DNA of 64,000 bases from Tagaea sp. (GTDB taxonomy: Bacteria > Pseudomonadota > Alphaproteobacteria > CACIAM-22H2), in NCBI GenBank assembly GCA_044378015.1, contig JBILXZ010000015.1, positions 3,013 through 67,012 on the forward strand. The letters are read 5' to 3'. The position numbers and the translations under genes were made by a program. The notes below the pieces were generated by a model that was not told the DNA's origin, made no database searches, and saw only the letters and a program-made list of their open reading frames with translations. Within the stretch, counting starts at the first letter, position 1. Each line of letters starts with the position of its first letter. Below, in pieces: positions 18,708 through 28,487 of this stretch.

Positions 18708-19952
18708 TCACGGGCTCAGGCCAGCGTGCCTGAGAATGCTTCGATCGATTCCAGAAAGGCGATCAATTCCAAGCATCGCAAGATTGCGATCGACTTCGCT
18801 GCGCAAGAGATCGATCGCGTGAAGCACGCCTTCCTCGCCGCTGACCGACGCCGCATAGTTGAACGGCCGTCCGACGAATACGCAGCGCGCACCAAGCGCA
18901 AGCGCTTTGATTACGTCGCTGCCGCGCCGAATGCCGCCATCCATCATGACCGTCATGTCGCCTGCTTCGCGGACAACCGCCGCAAGGACCCAAAGGGCCG
19001 ACACAGCGCCGTCGAGCTGGCGCCCGCCGTGATTGGAGACGATCACTCCGTCGGCCCCGGTCTTTTTTGCAAGCGCCGCGTCCTCGGGACACAATATGCC
19101 CTTGAGGACCAGCTTTCCCTGCCAGATATCTCGGATCCGTTCGATATGGCGCCAGCTGAACTGCGCGCGGTTCGAGAAATCACGGGCCACGTTTGAAGAC
19201 AGAAGCGGCGCACCGCGTTCGGCGAACGAATTCTCGAAATGCGGCATTCCAGAAGTCAGGAGCGTTCGAAGCATCGTGCCGATCAGCCATCGCGGCCGCA
19301 CCAGCCCATCCCAAGCGAGCCGAAGGCTCGGCCGAAGCGGCGTCGAGAAGCCGGCACGAATATTGTTCTCACGGTTCCCGGCAACCGGAAGATCGACTGT
19401 CACAACAAGCGTCGCGTAACCGGCAGCCCGAACCCGGTCCAGCAGCGCGACGATCCGCGCATCCTCGCCCGGCAAGTAGGCTTGGAACCAGCTTCCCGGT
19501 GCTGCCTCGATCACCTTCTCCAACGGCGTCAACGAAGTGGCGCTCAGGACGAACGGAATACCAGCCTTCGCTGCCGCCCGCGCAAGCACCCTGTCGCCGT
19601 CGTACGCCGTGAGCGCCGCGAGCCCCATTGGCGCGATGCCGAACGGTGCCGAATAGGTCGTCCCGAACAGTTCGACCTTCTGGCTGCGCACCGAAACGTC
19701 CCGCAGCACGCGCGGAACGAAGCTCCATTGCCCGAACGCGCTCCGATTGTCCAAGAGCGACGCGTTCGTCTCCGCCGCTCCCGCGACATAGCCGAAGATC
19801 GGGCGCGGCAGCCTGCTCTTTGCCAATGGCTCGAAATCGTCCAGTGCCAGAACGCCGGCGAGCTTGCCGCGTGCTGACGCGCCGCTGAACGCCTTCCAGG
19901 GATCGATCGTTTGCGAAGCGGCGCTTGTATTCATGGAACTCGGATCGCTCAA
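18708..19952 (-). CDS. FMN-dependent alpha-hydroxy acid dehydrogenase (L-lactate dehydrogenase/glycolate oxidase family). The C-terminus is supplied by the IS3 inverted repeat.
   Basis: SNHGGRQLDG active-site motif on a TIM-barrel FMN family scaffold. The last codons and the stop (…AGLSP*) lie inside the IS3 terminal inverted repeat (18708..18723). Confidence 0.85.
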   Translation of the reverse strand: MSDPSSMNTSAASQTIDPWKAFSGASARGKLAGVLALDDFEPLAKSRLPRPIFGYVAGAAETNASLLDNRSAFGQWSFVPRVLRDVSVRSQKVELFGTTYSAPFGIAPMGLAALTAYDGDRVLARAAAKAGIPFVLSATSLTPLEKVIEAAPGSWFQAYLPGEDARIVALLDRVRAAGYATLVVTVDLPVAGNRENNIRAGFSTPLRPSLRLAWDGLVRPRWLIGTMLRTLLTSGMPHFENSFAERGAPLLSSNVARDFSNRAQFSWRHIERIRDIWQGKLVLKGILCPEDAALAKKTGADGVIVSNHGGRQLDGAVSALWVLAAVVREAGDMTVMMDGGIRRGSDVIKALALGARCVFVGRPFNYAASVSGEEGVLHAIDLLRSEVDRNLAMLGIDRLSGIDRSILRHAGLSP

Positions 19953-19953
19953 T

Positions 19954-21060
19954 TCACTTGTCCTCGTTACTCTTCACAAAATCCATGTCGAGTTCAAGCG
20001 CGAGGCCCGGTCGGTCGGGGACATGCATGAAGCCGTCGATCGGCGCCGGCGCGTTCTTGAAGACCCGTCCTGTGATCTCCTCGAACATCAGCAATCGCTC
20101 GAGGAAGAGCGCGTTCGGGACGGCCGCGACGAGATGCAGATGCACGTTTTCCATCGCATGCGGTGCGAAATTGACGTTCCACGCCTGCGTGAGGGCCGCG
20201 CATTTCAACATCTCGGTGTAGCCGCCCGCCCGCGCACCGTCGACCTGAACGATGTCCGCCGCCTCGGCAAGCAGCAGGTCTCGCACGCCGAACTTCGTGT
20301 ATTCGTGCTCGCCGGTGGCAAGCGGAATATCCGTGCCGCGCTTGAAACGCGCGAGACCGGGAATGTCGTCGGCAAAGACCGGCTCCTCGAACAGAGCGAT
20401 GTCGTATTCGCGGATCCGATTTGCGAGCTGGACCGCGGTCGCCGCATCGAAGCAGTTGTTCGCATCGACGAGGATACGGATGTTGGGAGCCACCGCTTCG
20501 CGCACTTTGCGCACACGCACCACGTCGCGGTTGATCGCACGTCCGCCATCGAACCCGACCTTGAATTTGATCGTCTTGAAGCCGCGCGCAACCATCCCCT
20601 TCATCTCGGCGACGAGTTCGTCGTCCGCGTACGAGGTCCAGCCGCCGCTTGCGTAGACCGGAACCTTCGTGAGGTTGCCGCCCAGTAGCTTGTAGACGGG
20701 CAATCCGGCGATCTTGCCTTTGAGATCCCACAGTGCGATGTCGATGGCGCTCAGCGCGCAATACATAAGTCCCTTGCGGCCGACGCCGCGCAGATAGTGG
20801 AAGAACTCCTGCCAGATCGCCTCGGTCTCAAGCGGGTCGCGCCCGATCAATTTCGGCGCCATGTTGCGCAAGATGAGGTCGCGGGTCGCCTCGCCGCCGA
20901 CCTCATGGTAGGTGACGCCAACGCCTTCCAGCCCCTGATCGGTCGTCACGCGAACAAGCAGGAAGCCGATCGTCTCGACTTTGCGCGTCGCATCGGTGAA
21001 GCCGCCTGTGATCGGATATGAGACGAGATGGACGTCGATTTTGCGAATCTTGTGCTGCAT
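19954..21060 (-). CDS. Mandelate racemase/muconate lactonizing enzyme family protein (enolase superfamily)
   Basis: Capping domain plus barrel domain (…AIDIALWDLKGK…). ATG at 21060 with GAAGGAACGAAA upstream. The longer track ORF reaching 21108 is an extension. Confidence 0.85.
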   Translation of the reverse strand: MQHKIRKIDVHLVSYPITGGFTDATRKVETIGFLLVRVTTDQGLEGVGVTYHEVGGEATRDLILRNMAPKLIGRDPLETEAIWQEFFHYLRGVGRKGLMYCALSAIDIALWDLKGKIAGLPVYKLLGGNLTKVPVYASGGWTSYADDELVAEMKGMVARGFKTIKFKVGFDGGRAINRDVVRVRKVREAVAPNIRILVDANNCFDAATAVQLANRIREYDIALFEEPVFADDIPGLARFKRGTDIPLATGEHEYTKFGVRDLLLAEAADIVQVDGARAGGYTEMLKCAALTQAWNVNFAPHAMENVHLHLVAAVPNALFLERLLMFEEITGRVFKNAPAPIDGFMHVPDRPGLALELDMDFVKSNEDK

Positions 21061-21083
21061 TTTCGTTCCTTCTTCGGGGCACT

Positions 21084-22160
21084 TCACGCGACGCGGTAGT
21101 CGCGCCAAGCTCGTTTAGTGAACTCGACGCCGTGGCCCGGTCGCGTGGGCACGAGGAGCATCCCGTCCTCAACATGCAGACCTTCGACCAGCAGGTCGTC
21201 CATGAATGGATAGAACTCGACATAGGTCGCCCGCGGCAGTGCCGCAGCGACGTGGATGTGGAGGACCGTCATGAAATGGGGTGCGAGGGCGAGCCCGGCC
21301 GTATCGGCCATGCGCCCGATGCGCATCGTCTCGGTGATGCCGCCGACGAAGCACATGTCCGGCTGCACGACATCGACGGCACCGGTCGCGATGTAGGGCA
21401 TGAAGTCGCGCCGCGAATGCACATGCTCCCCCATCGCGATGGCGATCGGCAGCGCACTGCGCATGCGGCGATAGCCCTCGATATCCTGCGAAAGCAGCGG
21501 CTCCTCGAACCAGTGCACGCCCAGATCGGACAGCTGTTTTCCGAGCCAAAGTGCGGTCGGCAGATCGAGCCGCTCGTTCGCATCGCACAGGATGCGCGGC
21601 CCCTCCCCGATCGCCTGGCGCACCGCGCGGATACGCTCGATGTCCTTGCCCGGTTCGCGCCCGACGCGGATTTTCACGGCGTTGAACCCGTCGCGCACAT
21701 ATCCGGCCGAGAGTTCGACGAGATCGTCGATGGGCAGCGACGGGCTGGCTTTTCCGCTGCCGTAGCACGGCACGCGGTCGCGCACCTGTCCAAGCATTCG
21801 CGCGACCGACACGCCGGCGTCCCGCGCCCGCAGGTCCCACATCGCGACGTCGATTGCGGCAATCGCCATCGACGTGATGCCGTGTCCGAGGCGATGCGTA
21901 TAATGGAAGAGTTGGTCGTTGACCGCTTCAACCTCAATCGCATCGCGCCCGAGAATTCGTGGCAACAGCACGACATCGAGCAGCGCCTTGACCGCTTCGC
22001 CGCCGCCATAGTCGGACGTGAAGGTCCAGCCAGTGCCGCGCCCGCCCTTCGCATCTTCGAGCGTCACGCCGATCAGTTCGAAGAACTCGTCGCTGCGCTC
22101 TGCCGCAGCACGGTTCGAGGGAAACCGGAGCATCCAACTTTCGGCTCTTTTGATCGTCAT
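21084..22160 (-). CDS. Mandelate racemase/muconate lactonizing enzyme family protein (enolase superfamily), tandem paralogue
   Basis: …AIDVAMWDLRARD…KIRVGREPGKDIERIRAVRQ… typical of enolase-superfamily dehydratases. Confidence 0.85.
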   Translation of the reverse strand: MTIKRAESWMLRFPSNRAAAERSDEFFELIGVTLEDAKGGRGTGWTFTSDYGGGEAVKALLDVVLLPRILGRDAIEVEAVNDQLFHYTHRLGHGITSMAIAAIDVAMWDLRARDAGVSVARMLGQVRDRVPCYGSGKASPSLPIDDLVELSAGYVRDGFNAVKIRVGREPGKDIERIRAVRQAIGEGPRILCDANERLDLPTALWLGKQLSDLGVHWFEEPLLSQDIEGYRRMRSALPIAIAMGEHVHSRRDFMPYIATGAVDVVQPDMCFVGGITETMRIGRMADTAGLALAPHFMTVLHIHVAAALPRATYVEFYPFMDDLLVEGLHVEDGMLLVPTRPGHGVEFTKRAWRDYRVA

Positions 22161-22184
22161 CGCGCGTTCCGATCCTGTCTCGTG

Positions 22185-23336
22185 TCAGTCCGCAAGCACG
22201 ACCGTCCGGTCGGCCGCGAACGAAAGCGTCACATCGTCGCCGGGTTCTGCGGCGGCGGGCGGCGTTGTCTGGACCCGCAGTTCCAATCCGCCGCCGACGT
22301 CGACGAAGTAGTCGATGAGCCCACCGGTAAAGGCCGTGGTGCGGACACGCCCTGCGAGCCGGTTCTCGGCGTTGCCCGCACCAGCGCCGCGGCTTATCGC
22401 AATTTCGACCGGGCGAATCGACACGCCAACCGTGCCGCCCGAGGATGCTGCCTCGATGGCCCCGACCCGCGCGCGAATGATCGCCCCGCCCGGCAACGAT
22501 CCGGCGACGCCGTTGCCGTCGACCGCAATCGCGTGCAGCTCGACGAGGTTGGTCAGTCCGATGAAGGCCGCGACAAAACGCGAGCGCGGGCGCCCGTATA
22601 TCTCCGTGGGCATCCCGATCTGGACGATGCGCCCGTCGCGCATGACGGCGATCTGGTCCGACATCGCCAGCGCTTCGTCCTGGCTGTGCGTGACGTAGAC
22701 GCCCGTAATGCCGAGCCGCTGCTGCAGCGATCGGATCTCGAATCGCATCTGCTCGCGTAGCACCGCATCGAGATTGGAGAGCGGTTCGTCGAAAAGAAGT
22801 ATGCCGGGCTCCGTCGCGATGGCACGCGACAGTGCCACGCGCTGCTGCTGGCCGCCGGAGAGCTGGCCCGGGAAACGCTCTGCATACTGCGACATGCCCA
22901 CGATGCGCAGAACTTCGGCCACCTTGTCTGCGATCGCCGCGCGCGCGTGACCGCGCCGCTTCAGACCATAGGCGAGATTGTCGAAGACCGACATGTGCGG
23001 CCACAGCGCATAGCTCTGGAACACCATGCCGAGATCGCGCTGCTCGGGCGGAAGCCTTGTCCCGCCGTCCACGAGCACGCGCCCGCCCGCCACGATGCTG
23101 CCAATATCGGGCTGCTCGAGGCCCGCAATCATGCGCAAGGTCGTGGTCTTGCCGCAACCGCTCGGCCCGATGAGCGAGATCATCTGGCCAGCCGGGACCT
23201 CGAAACCGACATCGTGGACGGCGACGACGGACCCATAGGATTTGCGCAGTCCTGCGACGCGCAGATCGACGCCGGAGGCGCGCGATAGCGCCCCCGGCGA
23301 ACCCGCTTCGCCTGTCTTATTTCCCGACGGCGTCAT
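22185..23336 (-). CDS. ABC transporter ATP-binding protein (PotA/FbpC type)
   Basis: GPSGCGKTT Walker A, LSGGQQQRVALSRAI signature, and a C-terminal TOBE-like domain. Confidence 0.9.
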   Translation of the reverse strand: MTPSGNKTGEAGSPGALSRASGVDLRVAGLRKSYGSVVAVHDVGFEVPAGQMISLIGPSGCGKTTTLRMIAGLEQPDIGSIVAGGRVLVDGGTRLPPEQRDLGMVFQSYALWPHMSVFDNLAYGLKRRGHARAAIADKVAEVLRIVGMSQYAERFPGQLSGGQQQRVALSRAIATEPGILLFDEPLSNLDAVLREQMRFEIRSLQQRLGITGVYVTHSQDEALAMSDQIAVMRDGRIVQIGMPTEIYGRPRSRFVAAFIGLTNLVELHAIAVDGNGVAGSLPGGAIIRARVGAIEAASSGGTVGVSIRPVEIAISRGAGAGNAENRLAGRVRTTAFTGGLIDYFVDVGGGLELRVQTTPPAAAEPGDDVTLSFAADRTVVLAD

Positions 23337-24339
23337 GGAACTTACGGGCCTGCGTGCGCTTGTTGTCGGAGATGAAAGTCGAATCGACCGGAATGATCTT
23401 CACCTGCTCGAGCGACGAACCATCTGGATATTTGTAGGCCACGTCGTTGCGCACCGGAGCGCCGCCGAGGGACGCCGGCATCAGCCCCTGCCCTTCGGGC
23501 GAGATGATAAAGTCGAGCCACATCTTGCCAAGCTCCTTGTTCTTCGATGCCCGCAGCAGTCCGAAGGCCGAGAGCTCGCCGGGCACGCCTTCGCTCGGCC
23601 AGATGTTGCTGGTCGGTTCACCGCGATTTTTCGCCGTCTGGGCGTTCGCCAGGAGATTGATCCCGATCGGACGCTCGCCGCTGACGGTCAAATCCCGGAT
23701 CGTGCCGTGCGACGATTCGAGATGCACGCCGTTGGCGCCCATGCGTTTGAAATAGTCCCACCCGAACTTGGCCGGGTCGGACTTGACCAAATAGTCGGCG
23801 ATGAACCACACGAAGGACTGGACCGACTGCGAACTGCTGGGGTCGGCCATCGCGATCTGATTCTTCCATTTCGGATCGGCCAGTTCGGCCCAGCTCTTCG
23901 GCACATCAGCCTCCGAGATCTTCCGCGTGTTGTAGTGGATCAGGTAGAGATTGACGAACGCGGGCGTGAAGATGTTCTGCGGGCTGCGCATCTCGACGCG
24001 CGCCTTGTCGACGTCCTTGGCGGCGTAGGGCTCGAAGGCATCGTGGCGCTTCTGCAGATAGGCGATAGACGCATCGTTGAGCCCCACGACATCTGCCTTG
24101 GGCGATCGGGCACGCAGTTCGAGTTCGATCGTGGCGAGAAGCTCCTCGCCAGGTTGGCGGAAATGATCGACCGCAATGCCCGGGTTTTTCGCTTCGAACG
24201 CCTTGGTCAAAGGCGCGATCTGCGAATTCTCGTAGGCCGAATAGATCGTCAGTCTCTGCTGCGCCGACGCAGGCGCGTGGGCGATCAAAGTGCCAATAAA
24301 AACGCCTGCAAGCAGATGAATCCGGGATTTCTGTTCCAT
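23317..24339 (-). CDS. ABC transporter substrate-binding protein (Fe3+/polyamine type, family 1)
   Basis: ATG at 24339 with GGGAGGAAGCC upstream. Signal peptide MEQKSRIHLLAGVFIGTLIAHAPASAQ. The track N-terminal extension is spurious. Confidence 0.8.
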   Translation of the reverse strand: MEQKSRIHLLAGVFIGTLIAHAPASAQQRLTIYSAYENSQIAPLTKAFEAKNPGIAVDHFRQPGEELLATIELELRARSPKADVVGLNDASIAYLQKRHDAFEPYAAKDVDKARVEMRSPQNIFTPAFVNLYLIHYNTRKISEADVPKSWAELADPKWKNQIAMADPSSSQSVQSFVWFIADYLVKSDPAKFGWDYFKRMGANGVHLESSHGTIRDLTVSGERPIGINLLANAQTAKNRGEPTSNIWPSEGVPGELSAFGLLRASKNKELGKMWLDFIISPEGQGLMPASLGGAPVRNDVAYKYPDGSSLEQVKIIPVDSTFISDNKRTQARKFHDAVGK

Positions 24340-24365
24340 GGCTTCCTCCCTTTGTTTTTTTGTAT

Positions 24366-26051
24366 TTAAGTTCCGATACGCAGTCCGCCGCTCGCACGCT
24401 TGGCGATCGCGGCGGCCGTGAGAAGAAGAAAGCCGACCGAGGCGAACATCGTCATCCCAAACGCGCAGGCTTGAGCCAGACCGCCATTGCCGTTCCAGAT
24501 GTCGAGAAGCACGGTGGAAAGCGTTTGGGTGTGGATGCCCTTGAGAATGATCGAAGCGCTGAGTTCCGGCAGAGCCAGCACGAAGATCAGCAGCCATGCA
24601 TAGACCAGCGCCTGGCGCATCATCGGCAAGGTGATGAGCGCCACAGTCTTGAGCCCGCCCGCACCGCTGACGCGCGAAGCCTCCTCGAACTCGGGCGAAA
24701 GCTGGATCAACGAACTCTGGCTCGTGCGCACGCCGAACGTGATGAAGCGCGTGAGGTAGGCGACAAACAGGATTCCGAACCCGCCATAGAGCCCGAGCGC
24801 ATTCAGCGGCGGGTTCAAATAGACGACGGCAAGCGCAATCGCCAACGCCGTTCCCGGCACCGCAAGCGGGATGATCGACATATAGTCGAGCAGCCAGCTC
24901 CCGCGCAGCTTCAGACGTATGACGACGTACGCAACGAGGAACCCCATGAAAGTGACGAGCGATGCGGTCGCGGCGGCGAGCGAAACGCTCAGCGTCGCCG
25001 CCTTGCGCACGGCCGGATCGGCGAAGACGGCCCGGTAGTTGTCGAACGACCAGTTCCCGGCCGAGAAACCCATCCCCACGCTTTTCATCAGCGAGATGAC
25101 GGTCATGCCGCCATATGGCACCACGAGAACGGCGAGAACATAGACGACGCCGAGGACCGTGAAGGCGGCGGCTATGCGCCCTTCGGCGCCGGCGCGCTCG
25201 GAGAAGGACTTGCCGCCGACAGTGCGGAATCGCTCCGCCTGTCGCGTGGAACGCCGGTACAGAACGAGGGCTGCCAGCGACATCAGGATCAGCACCATCG
25301 AGGCGGCGGAGGCGGCCTTGAAATCGAGCCGGACGAGCGATTCGCGGATCGAGATCGTCAGCACGTTGAGCCGCAGCATATGCGGCGGACCGTACATTGC
25401 GAGGCTGCCGGAAAACGCGAGCAGCGCACCCGAAAGCAGGGCCGGCCGCATCAGCGGCAGCGTCACGTCACGGATCGTCTCGATCGGCCCGGCCCCCTGC
25501 ACGCGCGACGCTTCTTCGAGCGCCGGATCGACGTTCCGGAGTGCCGGCATAAGCGCCAGAAAAACGTACGAAACGCCGTGCGGCAGTGCCGTCAGGACCA
25601 AGCCCCAGAGCGTGAAAATGTTGAGCGGGCCCGATTCCGTCTTCAGCTCAAAGACGGTGCGCAGGGCCTGATTGAAATATCCGGCATTCGGCCCGGCCAA
25701 CGCGATATAGGCCATCGCCAAAAGAAAGTCGGGGCTGACGAGGCATACGATCATCGCGGCACTCACCACCGATCGGCCGCGCATGCGCGTGCGCGCGACG
25801 CCGAAAGCAAGCGGCGCCCCCACCAGCACGCTCAAGACCGCCACGCCGGCCGCGACAATCAAGCTGTTGCGCATGGCCGTGCGCCGCTTCGGATCCTCGA
25901 AAAAGTCGACATAGGCGGCGAGCGTCAGCCCGTCGTCGGTCAGGCTGTCGACCGTCATGTAGCCGATTGGAATTGCAACGAGATAGGCAAGCCACAAAGC
26001 TGCGATCGCCCACGCGATCGCGGGCCGATCGAGGAATACGCGCTTCGTCAT
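24366..26051 (-). CDS. ABC transporter permease, fused two-domain type (FbpB/PotBC-like)
   Basis: 561 aa with two tandem TMD repeats. ATG overlaps the TGA of the upstream gene (ATGA at 26048..26051). Confidence 0.85.
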   Translation of the reverse strand: MTKRVFLDRPAIAWAIAALWLAYLVAIPIGYMTVDSLTDDGLTLAAYVDFFEDPKRRTAMRNSLIVAAGVAVLSVLVGAPLAFGVARTRMRGRSVVSAAMIVCLVSPDFLLAMAYIALAGPNAGYFNQALRTVFELKTESGPLNIFTLWGLVLTALPHGVSYVFLALMPALRNVDPALEEASRVQGAGPIETIRDVTLPLMRPALLSGALLAFSGSLAMYGPPHMLRLNVLTISIRESLVRLDFKAASAASMVLILMSLAALVLYRRSTRQAERFRTVGGKSFSERAGAEGRIAAAFTVLGVVYVLAVLVVPYGGMTVISLMKSVGMGFSAGNWSFDNYRAVFADPAVRKAATLSVSLAAATASLVTFMGFLVAYVVIRLKLRGSWLLDYMSIIPLAVPGTALAIALAVVYLNPPLNALGLYGGFGILFVAYLTRFITFGVRTSQSSLIQLSPEFEEASRVSGAGGLKTVALITLPMMRQALVYAWLLIFVLALPELSASIILKGIHTQTLSTVLLDIWNGNGGLAQACAFGMTMFASVGFLLLTAAAIAKRASGGLRIGT

Positions 26052-26932
26052 GCCGCGCGCCCTGGCGCGATCTGTTCGAGAATGCGAACGGTTTCAGCAC
26101 CGAGCACAACATCGCACGGATGAACCTGCGCTCTGTCGCGGATACGTTCGACCAACGCGGTCGCCGCGCGCACGTAGTTGGCCGTTCTGTCGAGCACCGG
26201 CTCCGGGGCGCTAACTTCGCCGGCCGGGCCCCGGAAACGATAGATGTTGCAAGTATCGCCAGGAGAGGCGCGTTGGTTGATGCGGCTCAGCGCGCGCGCG
26301 CCGCCCACATGCGTCGTTTCGAACCGCGTGAAGCCCCCTTCGGGTGCAAGTACGCGTGCCGCCGTGACCGGGCCAAGCAGCGGCAGCAGGATCGACAGGA
26401 TATGCGGGCCGACGTCCCAGATATCCGATCCCGCAACTTGGCGCCAGACGGAGTTCCGGTACGGGCTGTCGGAAGCGAACGTGGCCGAGCGGACTTCGAC
26501 CTCGGCCTCGCGCCAACCGCCGCCGGCATGTTGGGCGACGAAATCGGCGACTTCGGGAATGAAACGCCGCATGAAGAAGACGATGGTTACGGCATCGGCA
26601 CGCTGTGCCGCCTCGGCAAGCAAGCGCGCGGCATTGGCGGTCGTCGCGATCGGCTTCTCGAGCAGTGCGTGCTTGCCCGCGCGCAGCGCACGCAACGCAA
26701 GTTCCTCTTGGATCTGCGGCGGCACCGCAAAACTGATCGCATCGACCTCTGCAAGCATGTCCTCGAAGCGCGCAAACGCGGCAACACCGCGCGCGGCAGC
26801 CAAAGCGCGTGTTTTCTCGAGATCGCGCCCCCATATGCCAACAAGGCGCGCACCCGGCGTCTGCTGCAATCCGACCGAATGGACGTTCGTCGCCCAATGC
26901 GCAGTGCCGACGACCCCGAACTTCGTTTCCAT
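26048..26932 (-). CDS. Gfo/Idh/MocA family oxidoreductase
   Basis: N-terminal Rossmann fold FGVVGTAHWATNVH… and the EKP motif (LLEKPIA). Confidence 0.8.
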   Translation of the reverse strand: METKFGVVGTAHWATNVHSVGLQQTPGARLVGIWGRDLEKTRALAAARGVAAFARFEDMLAEVDAISFAVPPQIQEELALRALRAGKHALLEKPIATTANAARLLAEAAQRADAVTIVFFMRRFIPEVADFVAQHAGGGWREAEVEVRSATFASDSPYRNSVWRQVAGSDIWDVGPHILSILLPLLGPVTAARVLAPEGGFTRFETTHVGGARALSRINQRASPGDTCNIYRFRGPAGEVSAPEPVLDRTANYVRAATALVERIRDRAQVHPCDVVLGAETVRILEQIAPGRAA

Positions 26933-26971
26933 CCCGTCTCGCCCTCTTTCTGGGTCTCGTGTTTGGCATTG

Positions 26972-26987
26972 ATGTAAGCGCTCTCAT
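26972..26987. promoter_or_regulatory. LacI-type (cre-like) operator site A: ATGTAAGCGCTCTCAT
   Basis: Perfect half-site ATGTAAGC and degenerate second half, centred on CG. Lies between the divergent Gfo/Idh/MocA gene (start 26932) and the MmgE/PrpD gene (start 26997). One of six related sites. Confidence 0.5.
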
Positions 26988-26996
26988 AAACTATGA

Positions 26997-28466
26997 ATGA
27001 ATGCGGCAAACTGTCAACCGGCATCGGACGGTCGGCAAGAAGACAAGCAAAGGAGCGTCGCGTTACGCGGCGAGACGACGCGCATGGAACCGGGCGATAT
27101 CGATCGGAGCTTCGACTATGGCGGCATCGTCGCAGCACACGCCGCCGCCGCCGCGACCGCCGACTATCCGCTCGAAGTCCTCGAGAAAGGCAAGCTGCAA
27201 CTCCTCGACACGCTGGCCGCGATCGTCTCGGGTGCTGCACTTGAGGCCGGCATCGCCGGACAGCGCTATGCGACCTCGTTGGGCGGCCGCCCGACCGCAG
27301 CGATCCTCGGGACAGCACTGCGTGCACCGCTTGCGGAGGCCGTGCTCGCCAACGGCATGGCAGCGCATGCCGACGAATCCGACGATTCACATGAAGAAAG
27401 CCAGACCCACCCTGGCTGCGGCGTGGTTCCGTCCGCGATTTCAGTCGCCGAGGAGTTGGGTGCGAACGGTGCGCGACTGCTGCGCGCGACGATCCTCGGT
27501 TACGAGACGACGATTCGCTTCGCCAAGGCCTTTGGCGCTGGGATGACGTTCAAACAGTCTTCCATGTCGAGCCACGCCTACGGTCCGCTGTTCGGCGCCG
27601 GATACGCGGCCGGATCCCTGATGGAATTCGATGCGGAGCGATTCAAAATCCTGCTCAACTATCTGGCACAGGAAGCGTCCGGGCTCACGACATGGCGGCG
27701 CGACGCGCGCCATACGCTCAAAAGCTACGTCTTTGCCGGCATGCCGGCGATGAACGGTGCCAAATGCGCGGCCCTCGTGCGTGCCGGCTTTTCGGGTGGC
27801 GGCGACGTGCTGGAGATGAGCGACCGCAACATGCTCGACGCCATCACGTCCCAGCCGCGACCGATGGCCCTCACAGATGCGCTCGGCATGCGCCACGAGA
27901 TCCTCGAGACCGACATCAAGTGCTATCCGATCGGGTATCCGATCGCAGCGCCGCTTGCGGCACTCGAGAAGATCATCCGCCAGCACGGTGTCGGTTCAGG
28001 AGAAACCGAGCGTGTGCGCATCTACTACAACGAAGATTGGTACAAGGTCATCGGCGACAAGACCCAGATGCCAGACGTCAATCTGCGCTACTGCATGGCT
28101 GTGACGCTCGTCGACGGCAGACTGACGTTCGACTCTGCGCACGATGCCGAAAGGATGTTGGATCCAACCGTCGTTGCCGTGGGCCAGCGCATCGAGTTTC
28201 TTGGACCGAAACCCCATCTCGGCCGCTTCGACGCGCAAGTCGAAGTCGAGACCTCCCGCGGTACGTTCTTTGCGGATCAGGACCGGAACGTGCTGGGCCG
28301 TGCGGAAAACCCGATGTCGAAAGCGCAAGTCCAGGAAAAGGCGCTCGATCTTCTGACGACCGTGCTTGCAGCCGGTGCGGCGCGCGAACTCATCGGCATG
28401 GTCGATCGCATCGAAGATGTCGCCGACGTGCGCCGCCTAATCGCCCTGATGGTTCCGCGCCATTGA
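26997..28466 (+). CDS. MmgE/PrpD family protein (2-methylcitrate dehydratase-like). Start is ambiguous: 26993, 26997 or 27083.
   Basis: MmgE/PrpD N- and C-terminal domain pattern across ~480 aa (…LDTLAAIVSGAA…HADESDDSHEESQTHPGC…). Confidence 0.8.
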   Translation: MNAANCQPASDGRQEDKQRSVALRGETTRMEPGDIDRSFDYGGIVAAHAAAAATADYPLEVLEKGKLQLLDTLAAIVSGAALEAGIAGQRYATSLGGRPTAAILGTALRAPLAEAVLANGMAAHADESDDSHEESQTHPGCGVVPSAISVAEELGANGARLLRATILGYETTIRFAKAFGAGMTFKQSSMSSHAYGPLFGAGYAAGSLMEFDAERFKILLNYLAQEASGLTTWRRDARHTLKSYVFAGMPAMNGAKCAALVRAGFSGGGDVLEMSDRNMLDAITSQPRPMALTDALGMRHEILETDIKCYPIGYPIAAPLAALEKIIRQHGVGSGETERVRIYYNEDWYKVIGDKTQMPDVNLRYCMAVTLVDGRLTFDSAHDAERMLDPTVVAVGQRIEFLGPKPHLGRFDAQVEVETSRGTFFADQDRNVLGRAENPMSKAQVQEKALDLLTTVLAAGAARELIGMVDRIEDVADVRRLIALMVPRH

Positions 28467-28487
28467 CAAAGTTCGGCGCAGCGCCCC

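Larger units (their letters stand above)
17445..18723 (-). mobile_element. Complete IS3-family insertion sequence (~1.28 kb) with imperfect terminal inverted repeats
   Basis: IR at 17445 is TGGCCTGAGCCCATGAACTCACCCG… and the reverse complement of 18723 is TGGCCTGAGCCCGTGAAACCCGCC…. orfA and orfB lie between them. No clear target-site duplication. Confidence 0.85.

Noticed and set aside
21018-22760. 580-aa plus-strand ORF, with similar long ORFs at 24360..26123, 30749..32329(-), 32545..34053(-), 34073..35464(-), 42204..43859, 37653..39149, 13029..13985(-), 14507..15730(-), 11654..12793(-) and 8330..9394(-)
   Set aside because: All are antisense to genes with strong family signatures (enolase, ABC permease, GMC, ALDH, CoA-transferase, IlvD, DctP, FAD-oxidoreductase, ATPase, SBP) and have R/A/G-rich low-complexity translations.
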